Notes: generated from the letters alone by a model not told the origin. Counted from the stretch's first letter, positions 30,381 through 43,893 are shown. The stretch: 64,000 bases of DNA from Eledone cirrhosa (GCA_964016885.1 OZ024746.1:61008001-61072000), one strand, 5' to 3'. Translations and numbers: made by a program.

Positions 30381-30764
30381 ATAATACATACATACATACA
30401 TACATATATACATAAATACAATCATAATACATACATACATGCATACATGCATACATACATGCTCACACAAACTAAAACACACCCATATCTGCATGAAAAA
30501 ATAGGATGTGATTTTTCAGTCAGTTCTACACTGAAGTCTCTTTTGTTGGCTCATACATATAAATGCTTAGAAGAGCAGTGTGTAATTTGAAGGGTTTTTT
30601 AGGTGATATTTGCCTCAAACATTCATTGAAGAGTGTGGTTTGAGGGAGATTTGATTGCTATTTCTAGCAGCACTAGGGGAATTTCACTGCGTTTCTAAGA
30701 TGTCTACTTAACATATAGAGGCTTTATCTTTAGTTCATACACACAGATATACACATATAAAGCA

Positions 30765-30826
<62 letters not shown>

Positions 30827-30835
30827 TGCTTTATA

Positions 30836-30907
<72 letters not shown>

Positions 30908-31361
30908 CAGTATATATATATACATATATAAAGCAGTACGAAGATTTAAAGAGATTTGAATGATATTTCTATCATGCTTAGCTACCACCTAATGGGCCCC
31001 TCATTGTCTCATACATACATATATACATACATAAGATAATATGATGTGATCGATGAAGATTTAACTACTATTTCTATTAGATTGAGATACCAGATTGAAA
31101 CTCTTGCTTAAGCCTCTCCTCCATTTTACTGTCAACAAATATTTCACTTCGCCAATAGATAAGCATTATTTGTGTTTAAAAAATGGCGGTGACCAAAAAT
31201 ATGTTTGAAGCATGAAAGGGAGCGGAAAATGAGAGCTAACTGGAAGACAAAATGTCAGCTTTTTTATTTAAAGAAAGAGGAAAATTGAAAAAAATAAAAT
31301 CAAACAAAATGTTATCAAAATATATGTTATACAATCCTTTCCGGCGAGATAGCGGTAAACT

Positions 31362-31421
<60 letters not shown>

Positions 31422-31424
<3 letters not shown>

Positions 31425-31960
31425 TAAAATAACAGATTAAAGTTTAAGCAAAGAATCGCTGCTTTCACCCTTAACGGGATCTTCTGAAACTAACAAAGTC
31501 AATCTGTAAACGCAGAACTGGATATTTCAAAAAACGTTGCAACCGGAGGAAGACAGGAAGACGATACTTTGGTTCATGGTGACGTTCGCTGGCAAAGAAC
31601 GGGAAAAAACGAATAATACGTCATTAATAGGAGCGGTGAAAAACAATTACGTGCAAGGACCGAACCACGTTTATGGTATAAAAGAGGTCGTAGACTAATG
31701 TTCTCTCGTCACCATGAACCAAAGTATCGTCTTCCTGTCTTCCTCCGGTTGCAACGTTTTTTGAAATATCCAGTTCTGCGTTTACAGATTGACTTTGTTA
31801 GTTTCAGAAGATCCCGTTAAGGGTGAAATCAGCGATTCTTTGCTTAAACTTTAATCTGTTATTTTAATAAATATTTGCTCTTCGGTTCTTATATATTTGA
31901 TATATATTTTCCTTATCGAGCCCTCTCTGGATTTTAGTCTTCAATTTTATTATTATTACT
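31422..31960. mobile_element. Family G fold-back insertion
   Basis: Arms 31422-31584 / 31707-31868 with a spacer of about 120 nt; the right arm continues to (TA)n at 31960. Confidence 0.85.
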
Positions 31961-31988
31961 ATATATATATATATATATATGTCCATTA

Positions 31989-32026
31989 CGAGGTGAGGAT
32001 CCGCTAAGGTGAAACAATTGTTCTCG
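31989..32026 (+). ncRNA. HHR-like motif (C3 mutated)
   Basis: CGAG-GTGAGGA-TCC-GCTAA-GGT-GAAA-CAATTG-TT-CTCG; sister copy at 46863-46899 has CTGAAGA. Confidence 0.5.
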
Positions 32027-33038
32027 GTATGGTGAACTAACTGTTGTATAACCACTTATATATATATATATATATAAAGAGAGAAAAAAAAACATATATA
32101 CACACCTGTATTCAGATTACAAGGGACCAGAATTCGCTAGGTTATATATATATATATATATAGTAGTAATGAGTTTCCGTTAGTGTCATTATGCAATAAA
32201 ATACTTTTTTCCTTTTATCTTTTCTTTTTTCCTTCACCTTTTGCTTGTCTTCTATATATCTCTATATGTGAAAAAATCTTATTTCATTTTGGAAATTTGT
32301 TGTGTCTACATATAATGTTTTGAGTAGTTTAATTTGATTGAAGGAGTTAAATGTTAGCGATCCATAACTGATTATATAACACATACAACAAAACACGTGT
32401 CAGTGTTATGCAATAACTTCTGGAATGTGGTATTTTAAATAATTATTTTTGTAAATTGTTAGACTGAATATATCTGCCTCTCTGTCTTGTTGAGATCAAA
32501 TTCTCCGAAAATTATCAGTGAATCAATAGCTGTACATTTAGTATGTAAATTAAGCCAAAGTTTTCACAACAATAACGGCAGTATCTTAATGTAGACAATA
32601 TACACAAAAGTATTTAAATATGGATTAGGATCTTTGTTTACAACAATGCCTATGTACATACGTGGAAAATCTTTCAGCAATCATGTCATAAAACTTGCCG
32701 AAAGTATAAAGAAAGCGTTCTCTACATTCTAGAGAGGAAATGCTATATGTATATATGAGTGAAAGAAATTTAAGTCTAGTATTACTTGTAAGGTTTCACT
32801 GGGTTGTCATTATAAATACTGATTGATTGTTATAACTATATTATTATAGTTTAGGATACACTATAAAATAGATAACAAGATCTAATTTTTCTATATTAGT
32901 TTTTATTATCCATTTAACATATCCTTGAGGTCACCTTGACCTACCAGTCTGTCGGGCGCCATTCGGCGGCGCTGGTCACAGCACGTTGCTGTTTTAGCCA
33001 TACGATGACGCCATCCCACTGGCTGGGCGGGCAGGCCG

Positions 33039-33324
33039 TAAGTCTAAAGTCTGTCTTAAGCCAGAAGGCTCATTTGGCCGGTGCTTATCCCGGCTTCATG
33101 GCATGAAGTGACTGAGAGTACAAGACTCCTCCCTGGACAGGACGCCAGTCCATTGCAGGGTTAAACCTCCAGCTATTGCTGGTACTCATTTTCAGCTTAG
33201 TAAACTGGAGCAACGTGAAATAAAGTGTCTTGCTCAAGGAAACAACACATCACCCGGTCTGAGTATTGAACTCAACCTTTCGATTGAAAGCCCAATGCTC
33301 TAACCACTAAGCCATGCGCCTACA
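33039..33324 (-). mobile_element. tRNA-derived SINE with V/Meta-like central domain
   Basis: TGGCTTAGTGG and GTTCAATACT boxes, CCTTGAGCAAGACACTT, AAATGAGTACC, CCCTGCAATGGACTGGCGTCCTGTCCAGGG. Confidence 0.75.
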
Positions 33325-33352
33325 CATTTAACATATATATACTTATATATAC

Positions 33353-33418
<66 letters not shown>

Positions 33419-33429
33419 TTGTATGTGAG

Positions 33430-33618
33430 TCTCCCGTTCAATAGGGGGGGGGGGTAACCACAGTAAATAAGGTGCTCAATACATTAGTAGAGTGTATACA
33501 ACAAAGTTTAATATAGAAATGGCTTCTACAGGACGAGAACTATTTCATTCGAAGGCAATCATCAAAGTCTTTCCTGATGATTTCCTTTGAATGAAACAGT
33601 TTTAGTCCTGTAGAAGCT
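33430..33618. mobile_element. Divergent pair of HHR-containing fragments (family of 1264-1314)
   Basis: Minus arm 33430-33567 (TTGATGA..GAAA..CTGTA); plus arm with CTGATGA at 33574, GAAACAG..CTG-TA-GAAG. Confidence 0.7.
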
Positions 33619-34805
33619 TAACCTCGGCGGTATTTGAACCCAGAATGTAAAGGGACGTAACTATATGCCGCAAAGCATGTTCTCTACGGATATTGCTAAT
33701 CGATCGCCACAAGTCAATGTAAATAATGATTTCTACTTTAGGCACAAGGCCAGCAATTTGAAAGGGAGAGAAAAGTCGATTAAATCGACCCTAGTGCATT
33801 ACTGGTACTTTATTTTACCGACCCCGTAAGCATGAAAGGCAAAGTTAACATCGGCAGGATTTGAACTCAGAACGTAAAGGGACTTAACTATATGCCGCAA
33901 AGCATGCTGTTCGATGCTCTACCGATATTGCCAACCGACTGCTACAAGTCAATTCAAATAATTGTTTCTACTTTTGGCACAAGGCCAGCAACTACCCCAG
34001 TGCATTACTGGTACTTTATTTTATCGACCCCCTAAGAATGAAAGGCAAAGTTAACCTCAGCGGGATTTGAACTCAGACCGCAAAGGGCCGGAACTCTATG
34101 CTGCAAAGCATGGTGTCTGACGCTCTATCGATACTGTCATTGCTACCAAATAGTGATTAAGTGGTTTTTACTTACAAATTCGTGCATGGTCGAAGTTGGT
34201 TTTAGTCAGAGAACTAGAAGGTTGTGATGACTTAGGAATAAAGTCAATTGTCTCATACAAAATAGCAATGTCCTTGCTAATGTACACAATAACCCCCCCC
34301 CATTAATGATGTCAACTAATTAATTCTAATATGTTTATTGTTACTCATATTATTGTTCCTGTAGTTATTTCTTTCTGTATTATTATTTTTATAATAATTG
34401 TTTCTACTTTTGGCACAAGGCCAGCAATTATCCAGTGCATTACTGGTACTTTATTTTATAGACCCCGCAAGGATGAAAGGCAAAGTTAACCTCAGCGGGA
34501 TTTGAACTCAGTCCGTAAAGGGGCGTAACTCTATGCTGGAATGCATGGCGTCCGACCGTCTACCGATACTGCCAATCCACCGCCCTATAATAATACAGTA
34601 TCTGTAGAGCGTCGGACACCATGCTTTGTGGCATAGAGTTACGGCCCTTTACGTTCTGAGTTCAAATCCGGCCGAGGTTAGCTTTGCCTTTCAGTCTTAC
34701 GGGGTCGATAAAATAAAGTACCATTAATGCACTGGGGTCGATATAATCGATTTCCCCTCCCCTTCAAATTGCTGGCCTTGTGCCTAAAGTAGAAACAATT
34801 ATTAT
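33619..34805. mobile_element. Cluster of 5 family B SINEs (4 on -, 1 on +)
   Basis: Same cores as 477-662. Confidence 0.85.
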
Positions 34806-35264
34806 TTTTATAATAAATATTATTAATGATATCATTTATTTATATATGTTTATACTTTGTACATGCCTGGGGTTGATTAGCTGTCAAGGATTCCATGTAG
34901 AGTGGGTAAAAAAACGGTTGTGGACCCCTGCATTAAATGCATAATCTACGTGTTATAAAGTGTAAAAACAAAACAAACACTAATATAGATATAATTAAAT
35001 ATAACTTGAAGATTAAGAAGCAAATCTAAAAGACTGAAACATTCGAAATAAAAAGGAAAAAAAAACTAAAAAAAAAAAAATTGAAAGATTACAAAACATA
35101 AGCAACGCACGTCTCTCTTAATATAAACGTCTTGTACATGGATGATATTGTCAGGGGTTAGCTTAAGGTCAAAGATAGTTACAGATAAGGTCTTATCTTA
35201 CATGAATTCCGATCATTCAAACCTGAATTCAAATTTGGCACAGATTTAAGAGCGCGCCTGAGAA

Positions 35265-35353
35265 GGAGAGAGAGAGTTAGAGAGAGAGAGAGAGAGCTAG
35301 CGAGAGTGAGTGAGAGAGAGAGAGAGAGAGGGAGACAGTTAGAGAGGGAGAGT

Positions 35354-35425
<72 letters not shown>

Positions 35426-35435
35426 GAGAGAGAGT

Positions 35436-35474
<39 letters not shown>

Positions 35475-35595
35475 ATAGAGAGAGAGAGAGAGAGAGATAA
35501 ATAGAGAGAGAGTTAGAGAGAGAGAGAGTTAGAGAGAGAGAGAGAGAGAAATATATATATATATATAGAGAGAGAGAGACAGAGAGAGAGAGAGA
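35265..35595. repeat. (GA)n microsatellite
   Basis: Direct inspection. Confidence 0.95.
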
Positions 35596-35919
35596 TGTGG
35601 GTGGTTTTCAGAAGCGTGAACATATTTCATAGCACTCAGAAATAGATACGATAAAAACTTGTCTGGCTTATTTAAAAAAAAAAGAAAAACATATATATAG
35701 ATACAGAGAAATTGTGCAGGTGCCTATATAGTCTTAGTGTTGACTTCGAAATACCGCTGTTTTGAATTCTTGTTATTGATACCTGCAACATCTTCGTGTC
35801 CAACGGAGGTAAATCTCACGAGACACAAATTAGTGAAATTCATGTATGAATGCGTCTAGGGATATATATATATACGTATATATATATATATATATATAGT
35901 ATAAATATATATATATATG

Positions 35920-35996
<77 letters not shown>

Positions 35997-36067
35997 TATA
36001 TATATATATATAGTATATATATATATATATAGTATAAATATATATATATGTATAAATATATATATAT

Positions 36068-36592
36068 AACAATTAAGTTAAAGATGTACATCCATATATG
36101 TATACTGAAATACTAGTATGTATATGAATACACACACGTATACATATGTAGATGTACCAAGTTTTTTTTCACTGGTCACTTTACTGTGAGTGGCCAGCTA
36201 TTCCGTATGTAAACACACAGACAAACCGGTTTTTAGAGTCATACTGGTTTTTGAGGAAACACCTTTCCTCTATTCTCCAGAAAGCCAGACAAGTATTCCT
36301 TGTCTGGCTTTCTGGAGAATAGAGGAAAGGTGTTTCCTCAAAAACCAGTATGACTCTAAAAACCGGTTTGTCTGTGTGTTTACATACGGAATAGCTGGCC
36401 ACTCACAGTAAAGTGACCAGTGAAAAAAACTTGGTACATCTACATATGTATACGTGTGTGTATTCATATACATACTAGTATTTCAGTATACATATATGGA
36501 TGTACATCTTTAACTTAATTGTTTAAGCGTCAGTCATACAAAAGTGAGTTACAAACGAAACGAAATTTAATTTCGTTTCGTTATTTGTTTTT
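36068..36592. mobile_element. Fold-back insertion with about 225-bp near-perfect arms
   Basis: Arms 36068-36293 / 36299-36523, 5-nt loop TATTC; the right arm extends about 70 bp to (TA)n. Confidence 0.9.
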
Positions 36593-36624
36593 ATATATAT
36601 ATACATACATATATATATATATAT

Positions 36625-36710
<86 letters not shown>

Positions 36711-36723
36711 GTGTGTGTGTGTG

Positions 36724-36765
<42 letters not shown>

Positions 36766-36792
36766 TATACATATATATACATACATATATAT

Positions 36793-36831
<39 letters not shown>

Positions 36832-36835
36832 AACA

Positions 36836-38425
36836 TGTAAGCAGGCCTTAGCAACTCCACTGAAGATGCTCTTCAGAAGCTCCTTCGCTAGCGGTGTACT
36901 ACCCAGGGAGCTGAAAGAAGGCACACTATGCCCTATCCATAAAGGAGGTAGCAGAGCGGAAGCCAAAAACTATAGACCAGTCTCCCTGACGTCGCATATC
37001 AGTAAGGTCATGGAGCGAGTCGTCAGAAAGAAACTGATCACTTTCCTCGAGGAAAATGGCCGCCTGACTAGCACGCAGCATGGCTTCCGCCCAGGAAGAA
37101 GCTGCCTTACACAGCTGCTACATCACTACGACTGGGTACTGAAACAACTGCTAGACAGCTCACATGTAGACGTGATATATCTTGACTTTGCGAAGGCCTT
37201 TGACAAGGTCGACCACGGAATGATATGTCACAAACTACATGGACTCGGCATAACTGGAAAAGTAGGTGAGTGGCTGCATGACTTCTTAAAGGACAGAAGC
37301 CAGGCAGTCGCAGCAAACGGGGCCCTCTCAAAGGAAACATCATTAACAAGTGGGGTGCCCCAAGGGACAGTCCTGGGACCACTACTGTTTTTGGTGACTC
37401 TCTCAGACATGCCCTCTGTAGTACATACAACAACATCCCTCACTAGCTATGCTGATGACACTAAGGTAGCACAGGCAATCAAAAACCCGGCTGACGCTGC
37501 CCTTTTACAACAAGATCTGGATGCCATATACAAATGGGCAGAAGAAAACAACATGCAGTTTAATGCTGGCAAATTCCAAGCCCTACAATACAAACCTGCA
37601 AACACAAATACAGTACAACACAGTTACGCAGGACCAGGAGGGACCGATATCCCCGTGTCAAAATCGATACGAGACCTGGGTATAGACATGAGCGATGATG
37701 CATCTTTTTACTCACGCATCATGAAAGTGGCGACAATGTGCAGACGACTCGCTGGCTGGATCTTGAGGACTTTCCAGACAAGAGACTGAGACACCATGTT
37801 GACACTATGGAGGACATTTGTCCTAAGCCGCCTGGACTATTACTCCCAGTTGTGGTCACCCCATAGTGTCAAACTAACCACGGAGCTTGAGGCAATCCAG
37901 CGAAGCTACACCAAGAGGATTGCCACGATGAAGGCGATAAGCTACTGGGAGAGGCTAAAAGAACTGAACCTCTACTCCTTGGAACGAAGACGGGAGAGAT
38001 ACGCAGTGATCTACATGTGGAAAATCCTGAAGGGACTAGCACCAAACTTTGGCATTGGGTGCTGGACCAACCGTCGAACAGGACGTCACTGTGTGGTGCC
38101 AAAGGTCCCATCTTCCACATCTAGAATAAGGAGCAGATATTGCAATAACCTGGGATTCAAGGGCCCTCAACAAGCTGCCGATGGATCTGAGAGATCTGCA
38201 TGGTGTGGAGGTGGATGTCTTCAAGAAACATCTCGACACCTTGCTATCCAGGATCCCGGATGAGCCCACAGCAAGGCACGAGGGAAACCTAAGGGCAGCA
38301 GCAACAAACTCCCTCTTACACCAGTGGCCAACTAACACAGGCTGGAGATAAAATGTATAGCAACAAGGGCAGTTACCCAGCATGGCCTCAGCCGGATGGC
38401 TGGAACAGGTAAAAGAGTAAAAGAT
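36836..38425 (+). pseudogene. 5'-truncated CR1-group LINE reverse transcriptase
   Basis: [48 protein letters not shown]; in-frame TGA at 37787 and a later frameshift; GTAAAAGA tail repeat. Confidence 0.9.
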
Positions 38426-38442
38426 ATATATATATACATATA

Positions 38443-38557
38443 GAATAAGGAAAAGCGAAGTAGTTTCGCTTTTCCTTATTCGATATTTACTCCGTCACTC
38501 CTATGTGGAATAGGTACGTTGAGTGCTTGAATTGAATTGTATCAATATTTACCCTAA

Positions 38558-38558
<1 letters not shown>
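38443..38558. mobile_element. Tiny fold-back insertion
   Basis: GAATAAGGAAAAGCGAA / TTCGCTTTTCCTTATTC with an extended right arm, in (TA)n. Confidence 0.65.
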
Positions 38559-38633
<75 letters not shown>

Positions 38634-38698
38634 GAATAAATAAACAGAACAAAAAACAGAGAGGCAGTAGAAATGGTATGGTTTTTAGTTTCACGCTT

Positions 38699-38792
38699 GG
38701 GTGTCCCCAAAAATGTATTGACACTTTTAATTATATGTACAGGCAATATTATTTAGGATGTTGAAGTGTGTATACATTTTTGGGACATCCTG
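38699..38792. mobile_element. Tc1/mariner-type MITE
   Basis: GGGTGTCCCCAAAAATGTAT .. ATACATTTTTGGGACATCCTG followed by TA. Confidence 0.6.
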
Positions 38793-39027
38793 TATATATA
38801 TATATATATATTTTCAATCATATCTCATTTGGTTTGACCCGTTTAGCTTGTTCGCTTTTTTGGCTATGGTGGCTATGGCTTCTTAACCATCGTCTCAGCG
38901 TGTATGACCATTTTAACTTATGTTTATAGCTCTGCTATCCTCTTCATATGCATGGAGCGCTTGTCTGCACATTATTGAAGTTGCGTTTCGCTAATTTCTA
39001 CCCGCCGAAATGCGATTCTCGCTAAAT

Positions 39028-39074
<47 letters not shown>

Positions 39075-39075
39075 G

Positions 39076-39135
<60 letters not shown>

Positions 39136-39139
<4 letters not shown>

Positions 39140-39460
39140 GGAGGTGAGTTTATTGTAGCACAATAAAGCAATGCAGATATCGGATAAGTAGCACTCTACA
39201 GTTTGTAGGACTGGAGTATAAATAATATATAAGATCAAAAGATGGTTAAAAGAATTTCATGTATTTTATTATGCGCATTTTATTATGCGCATTTCAAATG
39301 ATATGTTGATTTAAAACTGCACTATTCACAAGTGTTTTTTAACCTTCATATCATGTCACCCTATTTTATCTGACGAAAACGCAAATGTCATCGCATGATG
39401 ATATTTGTTTTTGAAATGCGCATAATAAAATACATGGAACTCTTTTAACCATCTTTTGAT

Positions 39461-39465
<5 letters not shown>
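39136..39465. mobile_element. Family F divergent insertion
   Basis: Minus arm 39136-39298 and plus arm 39300-39465 overlap in sequence; same left terminus as 43890. Confidence 0.8.
39362..39432 (+). ncRNA. Type I hammerhead ribozyme (family F)
   Basis: 8-bp stem I TATTTTAT/ATAAAATA, CTGACGA, long stem II GCAAATGTCATC/GATGATATTTGT, GAAA, palindromic stem III TGCGCA, then TA. Confidence 0.85.
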
Positions 39466-39536
<71 letters not shown>

Positions 39537-39537
<1 letters not shown>

Positions 39538-39938
39538 GATATTAACAAATGGAAACTATATTTATAAAACCATATTTATTTCATTAGACATATTTCAAGG
39601 ATACCAAGTTAAATTATGGTATGCCTTCATCAGACAAAATACAATATATACCAGTTTTATAAATAGACATCAGGATGTCTCCCAAAAGTAACGGTCGCAT
39701 TTTGAAAGGGTACGTCAATGTTTATTTATAAAACTGGTATATATTGTATTTTGTCTGATGAAGGTATACCATAATTTAACTTGGTATCCTTGAAATATGT
39801 ATAATGAAATAAATAGGGTTTTATAAATATAGTTTACATTTGTTAATATCGTATATCTACTCCAAATACTTGTCGAGTGCTTTATATCAGTTATAAAAAT
39901 ATTTACTTGTTGTATCCCAACAATTTAAATAGAACTTT

Positions 39939-39941
<3 letters not shown>
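39537..39941. mobile_element. Family D fold-back insertion with an HHR on each arm
   Basis: Arms about 39537-39665 / 39723-39852; HHR at 39578-39640(-) and 39748-39810(+). Confidence 0.85.
39748..39810 (+). ncRNA. Type I hammerhead ribozyme (family D)
   Basis: ATTTTGT-CTGATGA-AGG(T)ATACCA..TGGTATCCT-TGAAA-TATGTA-TA-ATGAAAT; copies at 43417-43479(-), about 47372-47434(-) and about 47572-47634(+). Confidence 0.7.
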
Positions 39942-40029
<88 letters not shown>

Positions 40030-40102
40030 CTCCTCATATTTGGGGATGGTCATGTTGCCAATATTGCCAATATTATATATTTCAGAACACACACACACAC
40101 AC

Positions 40103-40305
<203 letters not shown>

Positions 40306-42074
40306 TGGTGTTTCTCGTGTCTAATCTTTTATCTGTTTTCTTTCTTTTCTTATGCTTGCCTATCTTCCTACTTCTTTTTTTTCACCATCTCTTCTCTTGC
40401 CTATTTTATCTTTCGATGAAAGACTACCGGTCCAAAACGTTGACAATTTTCCTATTATATTAAGCGTTAAACTAATATATATATCATTGTACTATATTGT
40501 TGTACTGTATATTTTCCTTGTTAACTTTCTTTTCTATATATTCCTTTGTGTTGTGTAATGCAGTGCATTATGAATGTCTCTTGTAAATATATGGTGACCT
40601 CACAGGAAAGTTTCGTACTTGTAGAGACGGTATTGCAGTTAGAGTTACAAAGTTTTCAATTTTCGCATTTGCATTCTAATTGCATACTAACTATAGCTCA
40701 GGGGAATACATTATCAAAAACCTCGTAAAACAGACTACAAATAGGTAAACCCACGAACAGGCTACTAATGACCAATGTGATTTATAGATCTGATTGCTAT
40801 GGTGAAAGTTGTAGATTTCATAACTCTAATTGCTACATTAGTCATACACGTACGACACTTTTCCGCCTACTTACCATGCATTTATAACAAAGAACTATTG
40901 CAATACACATCATTACATAATCTTAAACAACACTAAAACAAAAATAGTGGACAGCATAGCCATACATTACACAATTCCTTACAAAACATGTAATTAATGA
41001 CGGAAGCATCACTTAGAGTACAGCAATAGAAGGATGGATCTCCGTCAGTTTCGGCGATGAGTATTCCATTGTTCGATCAACAGAATGGCCACCTCATGAA
41101 ATTAAAGGGTAAATGGCTGAACCTTCTATAGACACGTATTTCCTTAACGTAATTCAGGGAGATTCAACGTGACACAGTGTGTGACAATACTAGCCATTAG
41201 AATTATAGGTACAGTTCATTCAATGGACTTCCAATCAGTTTCTGTCTAGCAAATTCCACTCATAAGACATTGGTCTGGTAAAGACCTGAGGCTAGGGTAA
41301 AAGACACTTGCCCAAGATATCACACAGTGGGATCGACCTTGGAATGTTCAGCCACTTTCACATTAATTTCATGAGCAAGCTGTTCCGTTGATCGTATCAA
41401 CTGGAACACTCGTCGTCGTAACCGACGGAGTGCCAGTATGTCTGTCCACAGTATGTCTGTCTACAATGCGAAACTTAAATAAATATACAAACTTCTTGTG
41501 TCCTTGGACCTAGGGCCACCATCGGTGGTGTGAGCCACGCGAGCTGAAATGGCTTTTCCAGCACATCTCCCTCACCATCCTCCGGGTAAACGCCATTGCT
41601 GTTTTGTCCGCTGGTGCCGCGGGGTGGCTAGTGCGTGGACCCCTATTTGTTCACAATAGTGAGAGATAGTGAGAGCGGGAGAGATGGAGGTAGTGACAGT
41701 TGGAGTTTCTTTTGTGGTTCTTTTGTGTTCGGACTTTGTGTATATATGTCTATATAAGGGAGAATGAGTCTAAAAGCTGTTTCTTGTACAGTGAACTTAT
41801 ATTACTTCTGTAAACGTTTATGTAACTTTGGAAATCCGGTACATCGCTAATACATATGCCAGTGACACAAAAATCCTGTATATACCACCTGACTAATGAT
41901 ATGCAAAGAGGAAGTCATACGTCTTGAAATGTAGATGCTGGCTTTAAGAAAGTTATTGTTCCAATTGAACTGCAAACAACTCACATAAAATTATTAAAAA
42001 CAACCTTGATAAATATATTAAACAAAATCGTGACGTCAGCATACATATATATTATATATTTATTAATATGTGGA

Positions 42075-42251
42075 GTGGCTGTTCCAGCGCACTTCGCTCA
42101 CCAAGCCCCGGGGCAATGTCTTCTCCATCCTCTAAAAGTTTCCTTTATGGTAGTGGCATGTGAATTAGATTTACTTCCGTGAGCATGATTAGTAACAAAC
42201 TGTAAACATTTAATAGTAAGTCCCAGTCCTGTTTCTTTCCTGACACACCTC

Positions 42252-42253
<2 letters not shown>
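42075..42253 (+). mobile_element. Mariner right-end fragment
   Basis: Ends CTGTTTCTTTCCTGACACACCTCG, similar to the end of the 45.4-46.3 kb element. Confidence 0.45.
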
Positions 42254-42285
<32 letters not shown>

Positions 42286-42339
42286 CACACACACATATAT
42301 ATATATATGTGTGTGCGCGTGTGTGTGTTGTGTGTGTGT

Positions 42340-42500
42340 AACAAAGAGGGTGTGGTAAGATGCCAGGTCGACCATAACGCACCAGAGTACTCAATACTTA
42401 GTGTAGTAGATTGAGTAATAGGAAAAGAGTCAGGACCGCAGTTCGGATCTAGCTGTCGAAACGGCCGGAGCTCAGCCGTCGGGGTCCTGACTCTTTTCCT
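42340..42500. mobile_element. Family E divergent insertion
   Basis: Same two termini as other family E copies, different central junction. Confidence 0.8.
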
Positions 42501-42517
42501 ATATATATATACACATA

Positions 42518-42732
42518 TGAAGGCGTGTGGCTGAGTGGTTAGAGAATTGGATTCGCAATCGTAAGGTTGTGAGTTCGATTACTGGACCAGGCGATGCGTT
42601 ATGTCCTTGAGCAAGACACTTTATTTCACGTTGCTCCTTCTACCTGGAGTTGCGACCGATAGATAGTATTAGCAATTGGAAAGACCAACGGAAACATTGT
42701 TCCCTCGGTCCGATTTGACGAAAGTCGATCGT
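42518..42732 (+). mobile_element. SINE family A
   Basis: Matches 143-362. Confidence 0.85.
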
Positions 42733-42771
42733 TTCTATAATATATATATATATATATATATATAAATTAGA

Positions 42772-43306
42772 ATTGTAAAAGAATTCATTACCTTATTAAT
42801 TTTAACTGTTCCTAGTTTGAGCTGCAAGCCGCCTCATATATACGACTGTTATTTCTAGCAGTACGGTTATGAGACTAGTTAGATACTGTAAAGCCATGTG
42901 CGTCACGCAGTCTTTTAAATTATTTAGATGTGAAGCATATCAATTTGTCTCTGGATGTTTACTGAGGAGGGCGGGACATGATATTCCTACACTTATTTAA
43001 CTCGAAACATATTTGGATCTTAAAGTCTAAACTTATCTACGGAACAGGTTTGATTTTGAAATTTAAATGTGTCTAAACATCACGGCCTTTTGGCAATACA
43101 GTTCGTCTCCGTTGATTTATTATTTTAAATCGATATGGACAAACTGTAGTATAATAATTAGTATACTTCAATCTGGCTAAATTTTTCTTTTGCAATATAT
43201 ATACAGATGTGTTGGTATCTGTGTTTCATCACATACATATTAATTTATACACTGCTCAGGGGATATTTTTCCTCATTCGAGCTGATTCCATTGTAAAAGA
43301 ATTCAT

Positions 43307-43313
<7 letters not shown>
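42772..43313 (+). mobile_element. ORF-less 518-bp HHR unit with 24-bp terminal redundancy (retrozyme-like)
   Basis: ATTGTAAAAGAATTCATTACCTTA at 42772 and 43290; internal HHR; (TA)n flanks; family fragment at 7632-7735. Confidence 0.75.
42954..43081 (+). ncRNA. Type I hammerhead ribozyme with extended stem III
   Basis: Perfect 8-bp stem I GATGTTTA/TAAACATC, CTGAGGA (42962), GAAA (43004), 7-bp stem III CATATTT/AAATGTG, GTC cleavage triplet. Confidence 0.8.
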
Positions 43314-43374
<61 letters not shown>

Positions 43375-43376
<2 letters not shown>

Positions 43377-43821
43377 GATATTAATAAATGGAAACTATAT
43401 TTATAAAACCATATTTATTTCATTATACATATTTCAGGGATACCAAATTAAATTATGGTATGCCTTCATCAGACAAAATACAATATATAACAGTTTTACA
43501 AATAAGCTTTGACGTACCCTATTAAAATGCAACCATTGTTTTTGGAAGTCATCCGGATAGTGATTTGTTTATATTACTTTAATAAGTCATAGTGTTAAGG
43601 ACAATTAGAAAAAGACGGAGAGAAAGAAAAAGACGGAGAGAAAGAAAAAACGTGGAGAAATATCGGAGAGAGAGAGAGAGATGCATGGAGAAAAAAAAAA
43701 AGAAAGAGATAAGTAAAGACAGGAGGAAAGGAAGAAAGAAGAAAAAAGGAAGAAATAAGTGCTTTATATCAGTTATAAAAATATTTACTTGTTGTATCCC
43801 AACAATTTTAAATAGAACTTT

Positions 43822-43824
<3 letters not shown>
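43375..43824. mobile_element. Family D divergent insertion with unrelated sequence between the arms
   Basis: Minus arm 43375-about 43560 (with HHR); plus-arm terminus 43757-43824. Confidence 0.7.

Positions 43825-43889
<65 letters not shown>

Positions 43890-43893
<4 letters not shown>

Noticed and set aside
37787-37789. In-frame TGA in the CR1-group RT as possible selenocysteine or readthrough
   Set aside because: The element is truncated and also frameshifted downstream, so a simple nonsense mutation is more likely.
40685-40750. TACTAAC, AG and GTAAAC as a possible micro-exon; also a strong acceptor-like site at 20498
   Set aside because: Isolated signals with no recognisable peptide; expected by chance in 64 kb.
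41497-41852. Possible solo LTR (TG..CA), loosely related to 4440-4560 and 18120-18230
   Set aside because: No target-site duplication, PBS or internal domain found.
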